This document shows, piece by piece, positions 58,373 to 64,000 of a DNA stretch of 64,000 nt. Source of the stretch: Bugula neritina. Lineage: Eukaryota; Animalia; Bryozoa. The stretch is taken from the NCBI GenBank assembly GCA_964035545.1, contig OZ037770.1:7446973-7510972 (forward strand), given 5' to 3'. The position numbers and the translations under genes are program-made. The stretch's first letter is position 1. Every line of letters begins with the position of its first letter. The notes under the pieces were generated by a model that did not search any database, was not told where the DNA came from, and was given only the letters and a program-made list of their open reading frames with translations.

Positions 58373-59739
58373 AACCTTTTTCAAAATATAAAACCAAATT
58401 TATACTCTACGGCTTTATATAAAAGGACCTAATAAGAGAAGATGTCTTGGTCACGATGGCATGTGTAACAAAGTATGACCTTCAATTGTTGAAACATAAG
58501 CGCATTTAAACATTAACTTTTGGCAATTCAAATTCCATGTTCTAAAACTAGAGTTCTATCCCATACAATAAAGTATAAACTATACTCATCTCCTTATCAA
58601 TATAATAATGGATGTCAATATCACGATGAGTTGGCTTAAAAAGCCTAACTTTTATAATTCAATAATTGGTTACAATCAGTTAATATAATGACTAGCAAGA
58701 ATTTTAAAAGTTTATTTCGAGAAATTGTATCAACATTTATAGTTGTTTTATACCCATTACAATGATAGTCATAGGCGATAGGTAAAAGTATAAATTATCA
58801 TATCTGATAACTGTAAAACATGGGCTACAAATTACCAATACTATTACTATTAGTATTACTAATAGTAAACTGTAACAGTAATACGAATAGTATTAGTATT
58901 ACTTATTACTATTGACACTTTGATACTCATACTGTAAAAACTATCAGTATTAGCATAAGAGTAATAGTATAACTCTGATTGTCACTATGAGTATGATAAT
59001 CATAATAGACTATGAATATAACTATAATTATAATTATTAATCAATATATCATTAATAATGCTTTTACTTAGGACAGTTATACTAAGTATAAATATAATTT
59101 ATAGGTAATACTAATAGTAATACTGACTAATAGCAATAGTATAATTTATCAATTATAATATTTTTAGTTTTATAGTTTAACTTCAAGTTAAAGTAATAAA
59201 ATACTCATACTGAGTCTAATGCCGATAGGCTTATTTTAACTTTTAGTTTACTAATATCAATAATAAAAAGTACTACTAGTACTAGTAGTAGTAATAGCAC
59301 TTTTAGTTTTATTGCTTAGGCTAAAATAACTATGACTATAGGTTATACTTATAGTATAAGTATAAACTATAACTATTACTATAAACTATAAACTTAAAGT
59401 ATAAGGTGTACTTCAAGTTTAATACTCAAGTCTAAGGCTAAGCTTATAGTCAGAGTTTAACTTTATATCGAATCGTAAAATTAACTACCAACAGTCATAA
59501 AAAATGAGATGCTACAGAATTTTTAAACAATGTAGTCCAGTATAAATTTAAGTTAAAGTACTCCGTTTACAACTAGATTCCAGGTTATTGTTGTAGCTGA
59601 TCCTTCTGCAGGGAAATTAAAGAGGGGAAACGGAAAATAATTGTAATAGAGTGATCGGCTATAATTTTTTGCAGTAGCGCTACAATGCGGTCTTCTAAGT
59701 ACTTGTAAGGGAATTCTTTTAATTTCTCATGATATTTTA

Positions 59740-60000
59740 GAGACATCAGTTGGATATTTCGTTTCAATTACGCAGAGGGTTACGGGTCATGCATCACGCT
59801 AGATTCAAGCGGTTTGTACTTTTAGGAGTTGACGCCTCTTCTAACTACGAATACAGTTTCTAATTAGACAAACTTGACATGACCTCCGCGCGTCACCAAC
59901 ACAGTTGGTTTTATAAACATAAGCGCGTGCCATTTAAATCCGCGAGGGCCATCAGATTCCTGTGACATTGACTGTCACCGTGCTGTCGAATAAATTAATT
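59740..60000. promoter_or_regulatory. CpG-enriched segment, candidate promoter / non-coding first exon of the ankyrin/SOCS gene
   Basis: Local CpG excess (ccgcgcgtcac, aagcgcgtgc, ccgcgag) in an AT-rich background ~1.4 kb upstream of the ATG, which has a possible acceptor a few nt upstream. Confidence 0.35.
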
Positions 60001-63000
60001 TATCATTTTATGCGTTTATGCTAATCATAAGAAACAACGTTTTTTGGTTGTGCAGGTGGGTCTTGTGAAAGTCGCTATAAGTACAACATCGTTTAAGTTT
60101 ACGATTACATTTAGTTTTACTGATAGTGATAGTCAATAAGTCATAACTGATAACTCTAACTCACTGTAACTGAGTTACTCAAAGTCAATTTCATACTCAT
60201 AGTGAGTATCATAGTCATAGTGATAGTGGTTGTGAATTGAATAATGATTGATTTTTCATAAATAATAATAATGGTCATTATTGGCATCACACGTTTTATC
60301 ATTAGTATTACACGTTTTCTATAGTTCATCTATTTCCTATGTTATTGTTTGTTCCTCGATTTTAGCTTATTTTCAGAGTTGTACTTATACTTATAGTTAT
60401 ACTTATAGTTAATGTTATAGTTATTGTTATAAATATAAGTTACTCATGTTCATAGCAATAGTGATAGTCATACTGCTAAAATTAATTTGAGTATCAATAT
60501 GGTTATAGCTATTAGCTGTAAATCAAAAAGTGAAACATATTCACTTTTACTTTGACTTTAAAATCAATAATGCAAAGTATATTCAATTTCATTAAAACAT
60601 TATTATCAATATCAATATCAATATACTTGTAGTTATAAGTATAATATGTTCTATCATAGGTATGCAATACTAACTCTTAATTTGAAGGCTAAATTCAATA
60701 CTACCACTATAAAGTAAATTCGCAGTTTTGTGTTCAACCCTTTCATCATTTTAAATTGTTTCTCTTCAATACGTACAATTTCCAATAACGACTTTTTTCT
60801 CGACTTGCTGTAGGGCACATCATATATTCCATAGCAAGAATATAATGTGGTTAACATACACATTTAGCAAACCCATTTATCAGTATGAAGAACATAAATA
60901 TAGACTATATATTGTTTCCTTCCGATCTTCTTCTTTTATTGTAGCTATATTTTGTGTAAATTGTTGCTGTTCCATATTTTTACTGGTGCTCCAGTACTCT
61001 TTGAATTTAGTGTCACCTTTCTTGAATTTTTTCAATTATTTTATCTTTCTTAACCTACTCAATTTAATTACCATCCAATTGGCAATTTTCTAATTCCTTA
61101 TTTTATATAGCTTAATCATTATTTAGTACTTGTCAAGGTAGCATCACATCTACCCTTTGCTGTTTTTAGTGCACTGCTTTACTGGAGCATATAATCCCAA
61201 TATTTGCTATTCCTTTCAGCAGTCTCAATGTATCTGATCAAACTAAAAGTTATTTGATATAATCTGCAGCAAAAACCTTAAAAAATTCTTTTACCTTTTG
61301 AATGATTTTTTGGCAATGACCTTTTTTCTTCTTGCAATAAATTGTGTTATAAAACTTCTATATAAGATTCAAAGTTTTATGCCTTCAGTTGTTTGATGGC
61401 ACATTTTTATAGCATTATCTTAGTTTTTGTAGATTCCATTTTTAGTACTAACTTTTTTCATAGGTTCCTTTTGCCAATTGTTTTACCCATTATTGCTGCT
61501 GTTGAGATTTGTTGAACTATATTCATGTTCTCTTTGCTGCTGCATTCATTTCGCTTGTATAGTCACTGGTTTTATAAATTTGTATTTTTATAATGATTTA
61601 GTTGACGTGAGATCTTGCACCTGGTCATCGCTAACCACTTTCACTTTAAAATAGAACTGTTGATTAACAAAGCATTTAAAACTTTTTTTAAAGATGGCCT
61701 TTATGTCTCAATGATGTATCTTCTTTAGAAATGTTTATTTTTGTTGTCAGAATTATTTGTTTGTCTCTATAAAGTTGCGTTTATACCTCTGTTGAAAAAA
61801 GTACCGAGTTTAAGTTAATAATGCTTGTCTGGGTACCACTTTATAGTCAAACTGAAACTCGTTGAAATCATATTGATGGGGTTGCTCACTTTCTGAAATT
61901 GAAATTTGACTCGCATAATAGCTATTTGATGCCCTTTGTAAACGTCGTGAATTAGTGAAACGGACAGCATAAAACCGATAATTGAGAAGGCGTAGGCTAT
62001 ATAATTATGACCGTATAAGTATGTTGTCTAATCGCCAAAGTAATAACTAAATAACGACGTTTACAAGGAGTTATTACTCCTATTTTAAAATTGGCCGATT
62101 AAGTTATCACAGTACAACAATTTTTAGCCTGTACAATGCAATGCAACTCGGTGAAATTTCAACCCGGCCAAATTGAAATTCTGACCGAAAATCGTGAAGG
62201 TATAAAGGCAACTTTAGTCTTAGCAGATTTTTCTCTGTTAGGTATTTGCTCCTGTTCTGTTAGTAAATAGTTTTATTCTGTTCTGTTGACTTATTTCCCA
62301 ATTTCTATCAAAAGCCAGCTAATATTTGTCTCATCTTTATATATCATATTTATATGTTGTCTCTATTTTGCCCAGCACTACACTAATATTTCTTATCTCT
62401 TATTCTGTCTGATTTTTTTTCAACAGATGCTGGTTCTAAAGCTCCACTTCTGATGCTTTTTTCCTGTTTGTTTTGATATCAATAGAGGGGTTTCAGACAT
62501 CCCTCCAGAGGAATTTGTATTTTAAAGTTGTCTCCCCCTAAAGGTATTGGGGGCAGTCTCCATGATATATAGAAGGCCCATAAAATAAGTAGAGATGTAA
62601 GGTTTGAGTGAAGACTACTACTAGTATATGTTTCATTTTTTCTGAGATTAATATTTTGGCATAGATACACATATGAGCAGTTTCAGAAATTTTTTAAAAA
62701 ATTTTGTTAATGATAAATGGCACAAAAAGAAAACTTCAAAGCATATTTGTGGTTTTGGTTATTGAGCAAATCTGAAGCTGGCAGCTGTCATTATTTGCTT
62801 TGCTGACTGTAACCAGTCTGGTTAGAGCTGCTAACCTTTCAACTCTTAGAACAATAATAACATGCTCGTACACTATATAGCTGCACTAGTGGGCTCTGTC
62901 TTACTGAACTCCAAATGCTCCAAATTATGGGTTGGAACACATGCCTGTACGTTTATGAAGGCACTGGCTCATTTGTATTAACATGTTCACGTACTTACAC

Positions 63001-64000
63001 ACCTATAGTATGAAAATAACTAAGCCACCCTACTATCTAATATTTCTATATATCAAAAAAATTATTATAAATATAAAGATATGTATTAAAATAGATAGAT
63101 TAAGTTTTGTAATTTCAAACAACATCTTATCTAAAAATGCCAAACACTGTATAACTATATATATTTTTTAAAAGCATTTGTTTACATGGCATGCCTGCAA
63201 GTCAATGAAAATATTTAGAGAACAGTAAAAAGAAGCATATAAATTTCAGAATAGTTTCTTCTTTTCTGAGATGAATATTTTGGAAATGTCCCACAATTCA
63301 ACATTTAAATTAAGTCTGTAAAAAAAATTCACAGTGTATTTTCAATAAATAACTATTCTTGCAAGCTGTTTGTATACCAACATTCCTAATAAAAAAATGT
63401 TTTTGGAGCATTGTAAATTGTATACTGCTGCATTGCAGAAAAAAAATCATCAAAAAAAAGCACTTTTCAGCCAAAGCAACTTATTTTGTTTGCAAAAAAA
63501 AAGTTGAAATGTACATTTAGTACCAGCTGTAAAATATAGAAAGAATGAACTATGTCATAATGACTGCATTCTTATGACACTAATAAAATTAAGATTGGCT
63601 TTACTCCATACGGATCTTGCTCAAAGGTGGAGTTCTAAATAATGCTACAAAGTTTCACTAAATTCCCAGATAATACTTTTTATATCAAATCATTTGGCTT
63701 TACTGATTTAGCTATATTATGTACATTTTGTACTTATTTATCTCTAGGTCAGTTTTCAGCCATATATTTGACGGCATTGCTATACTTCCTTTGTGTCAGC
63801 ATTCTCTCCTTTATATCTTTTCTGTGGTTTCTAATAATTTTCAGTGGTATGTCACTGTATGTAAACTATGTGAACCATCAGGCTATCTCTTATACAATGC
63901 ATGCTGCTATAAGAATAATAGCAGCTGTTTTGTATTCAATCAACCTCGTTGCAAGAATTTTGTTTGCTTGAAGCGCTCTGTTGAGTAGCTGTCTCTCTAT

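Overview
AT-rich, intron-containing eukaryotic DNA, most consistent with an invertebrate animal (species not identifiable from sequence alone). Exon models were built by hand with GT-AG boundaries and reading-frame phases checked. Host genes: the 5' part of LAS1L (minus, 31-1294); a signal-peptide/LRR/LRRCT/TM receptor gene (plus, 21118 to ~41978); a 13-exon ankyrin-repeat + SOCS-box gene (minus, 43409-58372); and an unrecognised 3-exon, two-TM gene nested antisense in one ankyrin-gene intron (49232-51081). There are two transposon hot spots. (1) 4060-20600: a truncated Ty3/Gypsy, then a (TA)n-bounded chain of Penelope-like (PLE) fragments from at least three families carrying five hammerhead-ribozyme motifs; one hammerhead is split by a full-length Gypsy with a -1 frameshift signal. 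(2) LRR intron 7: a Gypsy containing a young pol-less LTR element (gag plus a second zinc-knuckle/coiled-coil ORF), which itself contains a solo LTR. The best candidates for something undescribed are the multi-family hammerhead-punctuated PLE chain, the pol-less two-ORF LTR element and the nested orphan gene. No searches were run; family assignments rest on motif recognition.
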